64,000 nucleotides of DNA from Minisyncoccia bacterium (lineage in GTDB: Bacteria; Patescibacteriota; Minisyncoccia; Phycocordibacterales; UBA9973): contig JBAQNN010000002.1 of assembly GCA_049303835.1 (NCBI GenBank), positions 161,978 to 225,977 on the forward strand, read 5' to 3'. Under the pieces are notes generated by a model. The model saw nothing but the letters and a program-made list of their open reading frames with translations. It searched no databases and had not been told where the DNA came from. The position numbers were made by a program, and so were the translations under genes. Shown here in pieces: positions 38,733 through 48,725 of this stretch (its first letter is position 1; each line of letters opens with the position of its first letter).

Positions 38733-39416
38733 ATGAATTTAAAAAATAAAGTTGTAGTTATAACTGGTGGAGCTGGTGGTCTAGGGAAAGCTTTAGCCTC
38801 CGAATTTATCAGTGAACAAGCAAAAGTCATTATAAACGGACATTCGGTGAAAAAACTAGAGGAAGTAAGCGAAGAGATAGGAGCGGTAGCCTGTGTCGGT
38901 GATGTGACAAAAGAAAGTGATATGCAAAAGCTTGCGAATTTTGCCGTAAAGAAATTTGGGAAGATAGATATTTGGATAAATAACGCGGGTGCCAATATGC
39001 CGCATTCGTCAATTGAAAAAATTGATTCAGAGCTAGCTCACAGAGTAATGGAGGTTAATTTTTTTGGAACTTTCTTTGGTTCCCGCTCGGCGATGAAGCA
39101 CATGAAGAGGCAAAAGAGTGGGACGATTATGAATATTATTTCTATCAGGTCTCTCGTCCCGAGCCCTATCTCTGTCGCTTATTCTTCTAGTAAATGGGCA
39201 GTACGAGGTCTCACAGAGGCACTACGCATGATTCTAAAGCCCGATCATATTTCTGTCATTGCAGTACATCCTACGGGCATGAAAACAAATTTATTCGGCA
39301 AAACTAAACCGACAGGATATAAAAATTATATGGAACCTTCTTATGCTGCCAGAAAAATAATAGAGAATTTAAAACTTCAAAAACCAAAAGAAGAAATTGT
39401 TGTAAAAAAGAAATAA
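38733..39416 (+). CDS. Short-chain dehydrogenase/reductase (SDR)
   Basis: VVVITGGAGGLGKALA Rossmann motif; YSSSK catalytic motif. Confidence 0.75.
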   Translation: MNLKNKVVVITGGAGGLGKALASEFISEQAKVIINGHSVKKLEEVSEEIGAVACVGDVTKESDMQKLANFAVKKFGKIDIWINNAGANMPHSSIEKIDSELAHRVMEVNFFGTFFGSRSAMKHMKRQKSGTIMNIISIRSLVPSPISVAYSSSKWAVRGLTEALRMILKPDHISVIAVHPTGMKTNLFGKTKPTGYKNYMEPSYAARKIIENLKLQKPKEEIVVKKK

Positions 39417-39417
39417 T

Positions 39418-40113
39418 ATGGCTAAAAAAGGTAAACTCATTGTAATAGATGGTACGGATGGGAGTGGAAAAGCGACCCAGGTCGCCCTCTTGGTAAAAAG
39501 ATTAAAAAAAGAAGGGAAAAATGTGAAGGTGGTGGATTTTCCTGAATACTATAAGAATTTCTTTGGTGCTTTTGTTGGGCATTGTTTGAGTGAGCAATAT
39601 TATAATTTCTTGAATGTTCATCCGAAAATTGCTTCTGTTTTGTATGCTGCAGATCGGCTTGAATCAAGTAAAGAAATACAAAATTGGTTAAAGAAAGGAC
39701 ATATAGTTGTGGCGAATCGATATGTTTCAGCAAATCAGATTCACCAAGGAGGGAAAATAAAAAACGCTAAAAAGAGGAATGATTTTATAAAATGGTTGGA
39801 CAAGATGGAGTACGAAGTTTTTGGTATTCCTCGTCCGGATGTTACTCTCTATTTGAGTTTGCCGATAAATATTGTTTTACAGCTTTTAAAAGAACGTGAC
39901 AGCAGTAAAATGAAGAGGGAATATTTAAAAAAGAAGAAAGATGTACACGAAGCGGATGTGAATTTTCTGATAAATTCCCGCAAGAGTGCCCAAAAACTAG
40001 TGAAAGAAATTCCAAATTTTATAAAAATAGAATGCGCCTCCAAAGGAGAAATTTTATCGCGGGAAACAATTCATGAAGAAGTTTATAAAAAAGTTAAACA
40101 AGTTATTCGCTAA
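39418..40113 (+). CDS. tmk: Thymidylate kinase
   Basis: P-loop IVIDGTDGSGKATQ; DRY-like VANRYVSAN. Confidence 0.8.
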   Translation: MAKKGKLIVIDGTDGSGKATQVALLVKRLKKEGKNVKVVDFPEYYKNFFGAFVGHCLSEQYYNFLNVHPKIASVLYAADRLESSKEIQNWLKKGHIVVANRYVSANQIHQGGKIKNAKKRNDFIKWLDKMEYEVFGIPRPDVTLYLSLPINIVLQLLKERDSSKMKREYLKKKKDVHEADVNFLINSRKSAQKLVKEIPNFIKIECASKGEILSRETIHEEVYKKVKQVIR

Positions 40114-40118
40114 TCCAT

Positions 40119-40544
40119 ATGCAAATTAAAGTTAAAAAACTTAAAGAAGATGCGAAGTTGCCGACACACGGACATCCGGGAGATGCGGCGATGGATTTCT
40201 ATGTGGTAGAGGATACGGTATTTCCACCTGGAAAACAGACTAGGGCCCTTACAGGAGTGGCTGTTGAAATTCCAGAAGGGTACGTGGGTCTTATTTGGGA
40301 CAAATCAAGTATTTCCTTTAATTTTGGATTAAAGATAATGGGCGGAGTCATTGATTCGGGTTATCGTGGAGAAATTATAATGAATTTATTAAATGTGGGA
40401 GACAAAGAAGTTTTTCTTGAAAAAGGACATAAAATAGCTTCAATGATTATTCAAAAGTTTGAACATTGTGATATCCTAGAGGTAGACGAACTTTCAGAAA
40501 CAGTGCGAGGAGAAAAGCGTGAGGGGAGTACTGGCTTAAAATAA
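40119..40544 (+). CDS. dut: dUTP diphosphatase
   Basis: GVIDSGYRGEI motif 3; 141 aa. Confidence 0.8.
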   Translation: MQIKVKKLKEDAKLPTHGHPGDAAMDFYVVEDTVFPPGKQTRALTGVAVEIPEGYVGLIWDKSSISFNFGLKIMGGVIDSGYRGEIIMNLLNVGDKEVFLEKGHKIASMIIQKFEHCDILEVDELSETVRGEKREGSTGLK

Positions 40545-40545
40545 T

Positions 40546-42273
40546 ATGGAACGAGAAATAAAAAATTTAATTAAAGATGCTTTAAAAAATCTCACCATAG
40601 ATGTGAGTGATATTGTGCTTGAGCATCCGGAAGATTTGAAAAACGGAGACTATTCTACGAATGTCGCTCTAGCTATAGCAAAGAGTATTGAAAGAAACCC
40701 AAAAGAGTTGGCGGAAGAAATAATTACGGAAATAAAAAGATTGAATGTGGATAAAAATATAGAAAAAGTGGAAGTGGCTGGTAATGGCTTTATAAATTTT
40801 TATTTAGCACGTGAATTCTTTAGTAAAAGTATTGAGGAAATTTTGAACAAAGCGGGAGATTTTGGGAAAAGTAATTTGTTGGAGGGAAAGAAAATAATGG
40901 TTGAGTATACAGATCCGAATCCTTTTAAGCCTATCCACATAGGTCATTTGATGACAAATGCAATAGGGGAATCAATCGCTAGAATCTTGGAGCATTCTGG
41001 GGCTGATATATATAGAGCAAATTACCAGGGAGATTTGGGATTGCATATAGCCAAATCCATTTATGGTCTTTTGAAAGATACCAATCTGCAAGACAAATCA
41101 GGGACTCACAATGAGCAGGCAAAGAATATCGGGAAAGCATATGTCTTGGGTGCCGGGGCTTATGAGGTTGATGAAAATGCCAAAAAAGAAATTGACGAGA
41201 TAAATAAAAAAATTTACGGGAGAAGCGATGAAGAGATAAATAAAATATATGATTGGGGCTTTAAGGTCACTATGGATGCTTTTGAAGATTTGTATAAAAT
41301 TCTCGGTACGAAATTTCAGTTTTATTTTTTGGAAAGTGTGATGGCGCCTATTGGAGAAGAGATAGTTCGTGCCAATTTAGGTGACATCTTTGAAGAGTCG
41401 GATGGAGCTATCGTTTTTAAGGCGGAAAAGTATAACCAAGAAAATCAACCCAAACTCCATACCAGAGTATTTATCACTTCCCAAGGGTTGCCTACTTACG
41501 AGACCAAGGAACTTGGGCTAACGGTGGAAAAGTTTAAAACTTTGCCCCAGATGGACTTGTCTATAGTTATCACTGCCAATGAGCAGATGGATTATATGCG
41601 AGTAGTGGCGAAAGCCTTGTCTTTGATTCATCCGGATTATGAAAGTAGAATGAAACATATTACTCACGGGATGATGCGCTTTGCTTCTGGCAAGATGGGC
41701 TCCAGAAAAGGGAATGTCGTTACCGGTGAATCTCTGTTAAATGATACTCGGGCAGATGTGTCAGAGAGGATGACAGGTAGAGATTTTTCAAAAGAAGAAC
41801 ACGAAAAAATAGCGACAGACGTGGGTGTGGCTGCTATAAAATACTCAATATTAAAACAAGGGATTGGGGGGGATATTATTTATGATTTTGAAAAATCAAT
41901 TTCTTTTGAGGGAGATTCGGGACCGTATCTGCAGTATTCTTATGCGCGGGCGAATTCTATTTTAGAAAAAGCAAAGATAGAAAATATCTTGCCGGATTTT
42001 GATACGATGCCGGATGAAACTTTTGAAATAGAAAAATTACTGTATAAATTCCCCGAAGTTGTATCTCGTTCTGCTTCTTTTTATGAACCGCATCATATTG
42101 CAAATTACTTGATAGAAGTGGCCCGATCGTTTAATAGCTTTTATGGAAATACAATTATCGTGAATACAGAAGATAAAACTTCTTCTTATAAAATAGCTCT
42201 TACTTATGCATTTACTTTTGTGATGAAAACCGGGCTACATCTCTTGGGTATCGTAGCTCCGAAAAAGATGTAA
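40546..42273 (+). CDS. argS: Arginyl-tRNA synthetase
   Basis: HIGH variant PIHIGHLMTNAIGES; ArgRS N-terminal add-on and DALR anticodon-binding C-terminus. Confidence 0.9.
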   Translation: MEREIKNLIKDALKNLTIDVSDIVLEHPEDLKNGDYSTNVALAIAKSIERNPKELAEEIITEIKRLNVDKNIEKVEVAGNGFINFYLAREFFSKSIEEILNKAGDFGKSNLLEGKKIMVEYTDPNPFKPIHIGHLMTNAIGESIARILEHSGADIYRANYQGDLGLHIAKSIYGLLKDTNLQDKSGTHNEQAKNIGKAYVLGAGAYEVDENAKKEIDEINKKIYGRSDEEINKIYDWGFKVTMDAFEDLYKILGTKFQFYFLESVMAPIGEEIVRANLGDIFEESDGAIVFKAEKYNQENQPKLHTRVFITSQGLPTYETKELGLTVEKFKTLPQMDLSIVITANEQMDYMRVVAKALSLIHPDYESRMKHITHGMMRFASGKMGSRKGNVVTGESLLNDTRADVSERMTGRDFSKEEHEKIATDVGVAAIKYSILKQGIGGDIIYDFEKSISFEGDSGPYLQYSYARANSILEKAKIENILPDFDTMPDETFEIEKLLYKFPEVVSRSASFYEPHHIANYLIEVARSFNSFYGNTIIVNTEDKTSSYKIALTYAFTFVMKTGLHLLGIVAPKKM

Positions 42274-42306
42274 AAACAGAAACTTTGTGTTAAAATCAGC
42301 CAATAT

Positions 42307-45300
42307 ATGGCTGAAGAAAAAAATGTAAATAAAAAATCCGAATCGGCTCTTCGCGAAGAGCGAATACTAGAATTTTGGCGAGAAAATAAAACTTTTGAAA
42401 AATCATTGAAGCAATCAGAGGGTAAAAGGGAGTTTATCTTTTACGAAGGTCCTCCGACCGCCAATGGAAAACCTGGGATTCACCACTTGGAAGCAAGAGC
42501 GTTTAAAGATGTGATTCCGCGATACAAAACAATGCGGGGATATCATGTGCGCAGAAAAGGAGGATGGGATACACATGGACTACCGGTAGAACTTCAGGTG
42601 GAAAAAAAACTAGGGTTAGATTCCAAAAAAGCGATTGAAGAATATGGTATTGCTAAATTTAATCAGGAATGCAAAGAAAGCGTCTGGGAATATTTGGATG
42701 TTTGGAATAAATTTACAAAACGTATCGGGTATTGGGTAGATCAAGAAGATGCGTATGTCACTTACCACAATCAATTCATTGAATCTGTTTGGAATATAAC
42801 TAAAAAAATAAACGAACAAGATTTGCTTTATAAAGATTATAAAGTTGTGCCTTGGTGCCCGAGGTGTGGCACTGCCTTATCTTCTCATGAGCTTGCGCAG
42901 GGATATGAAGACATAAAAGATTTATCTGTTTATGTAAAATTTAAAGTTGTTGGGCAAGAAAATACCTTCGTTCTTGCTTGGACGACGACGCCATGGACCC
43001 TGCCGGGGAATGTAGCCTTGGCCGTGGGGAAGGATATTGAATATGTAAAAATTAAACAAGAAAATGAATTTTTCATTTTAGCCAAAGCCCGACTTTCAAT
43101 TATTGAGGGCAGTTATGAAGTTGTTGAAGAAATTGAGGGCAAAAAATTGGAGGGGCTGAAGTACGAGCCACTTTATCCATATCTTACAAATACTATTTCC
43201 GAAAGCGAAAAACCAAAATTAGAGAAATCTTTTCAGGTTTATGGTGCGGATTTTGTAACCACTGAAGATGGAACAGGAGTGGTACATACTGCAGTCATGT
43301 ATGGTCAGGACGACTTTGAGCTTGGTACAAAAATTGGTTTACCGAAACACCATTTGGTTGGTTTGGACGGCAAATTTTTACCAGGTACGGGAATTTTTGA
43401 AGGAAGATTTGTCAGAGATGAAGATGTCGCAGTCGATGTAATAAAAGATTTGGCTGGACGAGGGCTTCTTTTAAAGAAAGAAAAATATGAGCACTCATAT
43501 CCTCATTGTTGGCGTTGTCACACTGCGCTCATTTATTACGCACGAGATTCTTGGTACGTGAAAGTTTCTGATTTGAAAATTAAAGAAAAAATGATAGCTG
43601 AAAACAAAGAAATAAACTGGGAACCGTCACATATCCGTGATGGGCGCTTTGGAGAATGGTTGAGAGAGATAAAAGATTGGGCCGTGTCTCGTGAACGATA
43701 CTGGGGAACTCCTTTTCCGGTTTGGATTTGTGAAGCTTGTAAAAAGGTTGAAGTTGTTGGAAGTGTAGAAGACTTAAAAGACAAAACCAAAAAATCCGGG
43801 AATAAATATTTTGTGATGCGCCACGGAGAAGCGGACAATAATATTGATAACGGTCTCCGTAAATATAAAGATTTAGAGGAAAATGCCAAATTGACAGACA
43901 AGGGGAAAGAGCAGGTTCTGGAAAGATCCAAGGACTTCAAAGAAAAAATAGATGTAGTCATCTCTTCTCCTTATAGCAGAGCAAAAGAAACAGCAGAGAT
44001 AATTTGTAAGCAGATTGGTTTTCCACCAGAGAAAATTGTTGTTGATGAACGTATCCATGAATGGGAGATTAGTTCTTTTTTTGAGGGGAAAGAAAGGGAT
44101 TTATTTAGTAAATATTATGATTCTGGTTATCTCGATAACCCCTTTGAAGTTTTGCCAAACGGAGAAAGTTTTGTGCAGGTTGTAAAACGAGTAGGAGATT
44201 TCATTTATGATATAGAAAAAAAATATTCCGGTAAAAATATTCTTATCGTTGGTCATCAAGGGGCGACTTGTGCATTAAGTTTTTTGACGAAAGGTTTTAT
44301 GTTTAGTGATTTATCAAGTATAAATAATCCTCTGATCTCTCTTCAAAATGCCGAAATAAAAGAATTTGATTTTACCCCTCTCCCACACAACAAAGATTAT
44401 GAATTGGATTTGCATCGGCCATATATAGATGAGGTGTCTCTCGTCTGTGAATGTGGTGGAAAATTAACACGTACCAAAGAAGTGATGGACGTGTGGTTTG
44501 ATTCAGGGTGTATGCCTTTTGCGCAAGATCACTATCCGTTTGAGAATAAAAAATGGGTAGATGGTACTGGTTACCCTGCTGATTTTATTTCTGAGGCGGT
44601 AGATCAGACTCGTGGGTGGTTCTATACTTTACATGCTATTGGGATTTTAATGGGTCGTGGCAAAGCATATAAAAATGTTATCTGCTTGGGTCACTTACTT
44701 GATGCTAAAGGTAAAAAAATGTCCAAATCCCTTGGAAATATTGTTGACCCATGGGATGCTATGGAAAAATACGGAGTGGACACCTTGCGTCTTTGGATGT
44801 ATTCGGTAAATCAGCCAGGTGAATCTAAAAATTTTGACGAGAAGACGGTTGCCTTGCTTCATCAGCAAGTTTTCGGGTTACTTTACAACGTTCTTGCTTT
44901 CCATGAGCTCTACAGAAATAAGGAGATAGAAATTTTAGAAAATAAAAAATCAGATAATATTTTAGATGCTTGGATTTTAGAAAGGATGAATGTCTTGGTG
45001 GAATTAATTACCAAAAATCTTGATGGGTATAAATTACTTGAGCCAGTTAGAGCTATAAGAGATTTTATAGGAGACCTTTCCACCTGGTACTTGCGTCGTT
45101 CTCGCGACCGAATCAAAGATGGGGGCCAAGAAGCAAAGCAAACTCTATACTATATATTAAAAACCTTGGCGAAAGTCATCGCTCCGTTTGCTCCATTTAC
45201 CGCTGAGGATATCTGGTTGAAATTACGAAATGAAAAAGATGAAGAAAGTGTACACCTCACAGAGTGGCCGAAAGAAGGATTCAAACTTTTCTCTTTTGGG

Positions 45301-45795
45301 CTAAACAATAAGTCAAAAGTTCTAGAAAATATGGAGACGACTAGAAAGATAGTGACCTTGGGCCTTGAAGCCAGACAAAAAGCCGGATTAAAAGTTCGTC
45401 AGCCACTTAATCAATTACGAATTAAGAATTACGAATTAGGAATTGAATATACAGAATTAATAAAAGACGAGTTGAACGTAAAAGAAGTAATAGAAAATAA
45501 AAATATTGAAAATGAAGTGGAATTAGATATACAGATAACTCCAGAGTTAAAGGAAGAAGGGGATTACAGGGAGCTTGCTCGTGCTTTGCAAGATATGAGG
45601 AAAAAGACGGGCCTTACTCCGAGTGATGTTGTAATGCTTACTATCGAAACGGATGATGTAGGCAAAAAATTAATTCAAAAATTTGAGCCGGATATGAAAA
45701 AAACCGTATTGGCGTCCGAAATAAAATTTCAAACAAATGATGGTGAAGAAATAAAAATAGATAATTTAATTTTCAAAGTTAAAATTGAGAAATAA
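42307..45795 (+). CDS. ileS: Isoleucyl-tRNA synthetase carrying an inserted histidine-phosphatase (PGAM-like) domain
   Basis: PPTANGKPGIHH, WCPRCGTAL editing/Zn region, HRPYID, DVWFDSG, KMSKSLGN. Residues about 490-692 (FVMRHGEADNN ... VISSPYSRAKETA ... ILIVGHQGATCAL) match histidine phosphatase superfamily branch 1. Confidence 0.85.
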   Translation: MAEEKNVNKKSESALREERILEFWRENKTFEKSLKQSEGKREFIFYEGPPTANGKPGIHHLEARAFKDVIPRYKTMRGYHVRRKGGWDTHGLPVELQVEKKLGLDSKKAIEEYGIAKFNQECKESVWEYLDVWNKFTKRIGYWVDQEDAYVTYHNQFIESVWNITKKINEQDLLYKDYKVVPWCPRCGTALSSHELAQGYEDIKDLSVYVKFKVVGQENTFVLAWTTTPWTLPGNVALAVGKDIEYVKIKQENEFFILAKARLSIIEGSYEVVEEIEGKKLEGLKYEPLYPYLTNTISESEKPKLEKSFQVYGADFVTTEDGTGVVHTAVMYGQDDFELGTKIGLPKHHLVGLDGKFLPGTGIFEGRFVRDEDVAVDVIKDLAGRGLLLKKEKYEHSYPHCWRCHTALIYYARDSWYVKVSDLKIKEKMIAENKEINWEPSHIRDGRFGEWLREIKDWAVSRERYWGTPFPVWICEACKKVEVVGSVEDLKDKTKKSGNKYFVMRHGEADNNIDNGLRKYKDLEENAKLTDKGKEQVLERSKDFKEKIDVVISSPYSRAKETAEIICKQIGFPPEKIVVDERIHEWEISSFFEGKERDLFSKYYDSGYLDNPFEVLPNGESFVQVVKRVGDFIYDIEKKYSGKNILIVGHQGATCALSFLTKGFMFSDLSSINNPLISLQNAEIKEFDFTPLPHNKDYELDLHRPYIDEVSLVCECGGKLTRTKEVMDVWFDSGCMPFAQDHYPFENKKWVDGTGYPADFISEAVDQTRGWFYTLHAIGILMGRGKAYKNVICLGHLLDAKGKKMSKSLGNIVDPWDAMEKYGVDTLRLWMYSVNQPGESKNFDEKTVALLHQQVFGLLYNVLAFHELYRNKEIEILENKKSDNILDAWILERMNVLVELITKNLDGYKLLEPVRAIRDFIGDLSTWYLRRSRDRIKDGGQEAKQTLYYILKTLAKVIAPFAPFTAEDIWLKLRNEKDEESVHLTEWPKEGFKLFSFGLNNKSKVLENMETTRKIVTLGLEARQKAGLKVRQPLNQLRIKNYELGIEYTELIKDELNVKEVIENKNIENEVELDIQITPELKEEGDYRELARALQDMRKKTGLTPSDVVMLTIETDDVGKKLIQKFEPDMKKTVLASEIKFQTNDGEEIKIDNLIFKVKIEK

Positions 45796-45848
45796 GTAGT
45801 TGATATTTTTTCTTGTTAGTGTATATAATATATTTGGAGGTGTTTGTT

Positions 45849-46058
45849 ATGGTGAAGTGCGGGTTGTCATCCACCCCCGAAGAAGTCGTGTTGGAGAAAA
45901 CGGCGAATCGGATCCTTCACCGGGCGGGGTATCGTCTGGACGGCACCCCGGAGCGGCCGGAACGCCGGCACCAGGTCCACACCGTCAACCTGACGGCGGA
46001 GATGATCCAAGCGCTCGACACCTGTCGTTTCGCCAAGAAGATCTCCGGGGCTCAGTAG
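45849..46058 (+). CDS. Small GC-rich orphan ORF (69 aa), possibly ribbon-helix-helix/antitoxin-like
   Basis: GGAGG RBS then ATG; GC-rich coding segment; C-terminal HTVNLTAEMIQALD resembles an RHH beta-strand/helix; followed by its own hairpin terminator. Confidence 0.35.
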   Translation: MVKCGLSSTPEEVVLEKTANRILHRAGYRLDGTPERPERRHQVHTVNLTAEMIQALDTCRFAKKISGAQ

Positions 46059-46084
46059 AGCCCACAACATCCAAGGAAACCCAG

Positions 46085-46120
46085 CCGGTGACTCGTAAGA
46101 GTCACCGGCGTTTCTTATTT
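46085..46120 (+). terminator. Hairpin terminator after the GC-rich mini-cassette
   Basis: CCGGTGACTC-gtaa-GAGTCACCGG followed by CGTTTCTTATTT. Confidence 0.55.
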
Positions 46121-46141
46121 CGTGATAAAATAAACAAACGG

Positions 46142-46720
46142 ATGCATCACATTTATCATACTGAAGGAATAATATTGGGGAGCAAGAATTACGGCGAGAC
46201 TGGGAAGTATTATTATATTTTCACTCGTGACTTGGGGATGATTTATGCTTCAGCGCAGGGAGTGCGCAAACTTTCATCCAAACTGCGTTTTGTTTTGCAG
46301 GATTTTTCTTATGTCAAAATTGATCTGGTGCAGGGCAAGGATTTTTGGCGGGTGACCAGTGCTTCAAAAACCAACAAACTAGAACAACTTTCAAAAAATT
46401 ATGAAACCTTTTTGGTTGTCTCTAATATCGGAAAATTATTAAAAAGATTGTTGGCCGGAATAGAGCCCAACCAGGCTTTGTTTTCCGACTTGATAAACGG
46501 TTTGTCTGTTTTGGAAAAATCTGGGAAAGATGGGTTGCGAGACGTTGAAATCATCCTTGTTTTGCGTATTTTAAATAACTTGGGATATATCGGTGACGAC
46601 AAGGTCCTAGAAAGGCTTATCAAGTCTCCATTTGAAGAAAATCTAATATTTGAAGTTTCAAAATCAAAATCTCAAGTATTGAATCAAATCAACAAGGCTC
46701 TCAAGGAGACACATTTGTAA
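46142..46720 (+). CDS. recO: DNA repair protein RecO (short form)
   Basis: N-terminal OB-fold TEGIILGSKNYGETGKYYYIFTRDLGMI. The track ORF 45800..46720 reads through the upstream GC cassette in-frame and is treated as an artefactual extension. Confidence 0.6.
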   Translation: MHHIYHTEGIILGSKNYGETGKYYYIFTRDLGMIYASAQGVRKLSSKLRFVLQDFSYVKIDLVQGKDFWRVTSASKTNKLEQLSKNYETFLVVSNIGKLLKRLLAGIEPNQALFSDLINGLSVLEKSGKDGLRDVEIILVLRILNNLGYIGDDKVLERLIKSPFEENLIFEVSKSKSQVLNQINKALKETHL

Positions 46721-46777
46721 AATACCTGCCCCGTTGAAAATTTTCCAAATTTCCTTCGGGGTGTTACAATTCTCTAT

Positions 46778-48709
46778 ATGTCCACGAATGACAAGAATAA
46801 GCTAAACAGGCTTGAAGAATTGAAAGGTAAACTTTTTAGTAAAAGTTATCAAACCAAGATAGAACACCGAGATAATTTTTCTTCTTTAAATAAGAAAGAT
46901 GTTTCAGATTCTTGGAAGACCAAAGGGAAGGCCGAGCTTGACGCCACAGAGAAGTTCTTTATGAAGACCTCTATGTTCAAGAAGTTTTTTATCTTTTCAG
47001 TCAGTTTTTTTGTTTTGACTTTAGGATACGCGGCTTACGTTTTTTTAGCTGGCAGCAATACTGTTTCCAACAACAACATAGACATCTCAATCATCGGTAA
47101 CAATTTTACCGCTGGTGGAGAAGAGCTTCCTCTCATTATCGGCATTACCAATAGAAATAATTCTCCGCTTGATTTGGTTGACCTGGTGGTGGAATACCCC
47201 AAAGGTTCGGCTTCGGATTTATCTTCCGATACTGAACGTTTCCGAGAGTCGCTTGGTACTATTCCGGCAGGAGCTGTTCGTAATGAAAATTTAAAATTAA
47301 CGCTCTTTGGGGAGCAGGGAAGTATTCGTCCGGTAAAAATCACTCTGGAATACAGGGTTTCTGGCTCCAATGCTATTTTCGTAAAAGAAAAATTGTATGA
47401 AGTAAATATAAATTCTACGCCGATAAATCTTACCGTTGATGCTCCCACTACTATTAGTCCCAACCAAGACATCGTCTTAAATATAAAGGCTTCTTTAAAC
47501 GCCACCACTCCCGCTCCCAAAGTGCTTGTCCGGCTTGATTATCCGGTGGGGTTTTCTTTTATAAAATCCACCCCGGCACCGTCATTTGGCAACAATGTCT
47601 GGAATTTGGGAGACCTTGCCCCCGGTGGTGAGCACGAGATTTCCATCTTAGGTAAAATGATTGATGTTTTTGACGGAGAAGAAAAAACCTTCACAGTTTC
47701 CAGCGGTTCACAATCCGCTACAGACAAATCCGTCATCGGGGTTGTTTTTAACTCCGTAAAAAATACTATCCTAGTGGAGAAGCCTTTTATTGAAGCGGAT
47801 CTTTATATCAACGGAGTACACCAGAGAGAATATGCTACAGATACAAAGACTACGGTAAATGCCGAGATACGTTTTGTAAATAATTCCGATACCAAGATAA
47901 ACGACCTTGAGATTAGTGCGAAAATTTTAGGCAATGCTTTCAATGATAGAACCGTAATTGTGCAAGGAGGATTTTATGATTCGTCAAAAGATACGATAAC
48001 TTGGAACAAAAATTCTCAGAATCGGTTAAGGGAAATTGACCCGGGGGAGACAGGTTCTGTCACTTTTTCTGTCGCTCCGCTCTCGCTCTTCTCGGCTACA
48101 GGAGGTATTCTTGTAAGTCCTTCTATCAACATAGAGGTGGATGTCTCCGGTAAACAATCCATAGAAGGTTTTGCCACGAGCGAACTCAATAACTCCTCTT
48201 CTGCGACCATCAAGATTATTTCAGATGTTGGATTTTCCACTAAGGCACTTTACTACTCGGGGCCTTTTGCCAATACGGGTTCTATCCCACCTCAAGCCGA
48301 AAAACCCACTACTTATACCGTTGTCTGGAGCCTGTCCAACACAGCCAACAGTATTTCTAAAGTACGAATAAATTCTACTATCCCACCGTGGATGACTTTT
48401 ATGGGAACGGTTTCTCCAGCAGGAGAGGATATAAAATACAATTCTTCCACCAGAGAAATAGTCTGGAATGCGGACAGGATAGCGAGGGGCGCGGGCATAA
48501 GTGGGCCTGTGCGTTCGGTGTCGTTCCAGCTCGCCTTCAAGCCTTCAGTCTCTCAGGTAGGAACGAATCCGATTATTATAAATGACGCGATTTTGACTGG
48601 CCATGACGATTTTGCTAATGTAGATGTGAAGGTCAATAAGGCTGGTCTTACTACAAAACTTGATGGAGACGAAGCCTTTCCTCAAAATGGAGGTACGGTA
48701 ATTCCATAA
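46778..48709 (+). CDS. Single-pass membrane-anchored large surface protein with beta-rich repeated domains
   Basis: 70-aa cytoplasmic N-terminus, TM FFIFSVSFFVLTLGYAAYVFLAG, then about 550 aa of Thr/Ser/Asn-rich extracellular sequence. Confidence 0.5.
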   Translation: MSTNDKNKLNRLEELKGKLFSKSYQTKIEHRDNFSSLNKKDVSDSWKTKGKAELDATEKFFMKTSMFKKFFIFSVSFFVLTLGYAAYVFLAGSNTVSNNNIDISIIGNNFTAGGEELPLIIGITNRNNSPLDLVDLVVEYPKGSASDLSSDTERFRESLGTIPAGAVRNENLKLTLFGEQGSIRPVKITLEYRVSGSNAIFVKEKLYEVNINSTPINLTVDAPTTISPNQDIVLNIKASLNATTPAPKVLVRLDYPVGFSFIKSTPAPSFGNNVWNLGDLAPGGEHEISILGKMIDVFDGEEKTFTVSSGSQSATDKSVIGVVFNSVKNTILVEKPFIEADLYINGVHQREYATDTKTTVNAEIRFVNNSDTKINDLEISAKILGNAFNDRTVIVQGGFYDSSKDTITWNKNSQNRLREIDPGETGSVTFSVAPLSLFSATGGILVSPSINIEVDVSGKQSIEGFATSELNNSSSATIKIISDVGFSTKALYYSGPFANTGSIPPQAEKPTTYTVVWSLSNTANSISKVRINSTIPPWMTFMGTVSPAGEDIKYNSSTREIVWNADRIARGAGISGPVRSVSFQLAFKPSVSQVGTNPIIINDAILTGHDDFANVDVKVNKAGLTTKLDGDEAFPQNGGTVIP

Positions 48710-48725
48710 AATAAATTAAAAATCT

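Noticed and set aside
45800-46720. 306-aa ORF spanning the ileS-recO gap
   Set aside because: It runs in-frame through the GC-rich mini-cassette and its terminator hairpin. Conserved RecO sequence begins only at the internal Met (46142), so this is treated as an artefactual extension rather than a fusion protein
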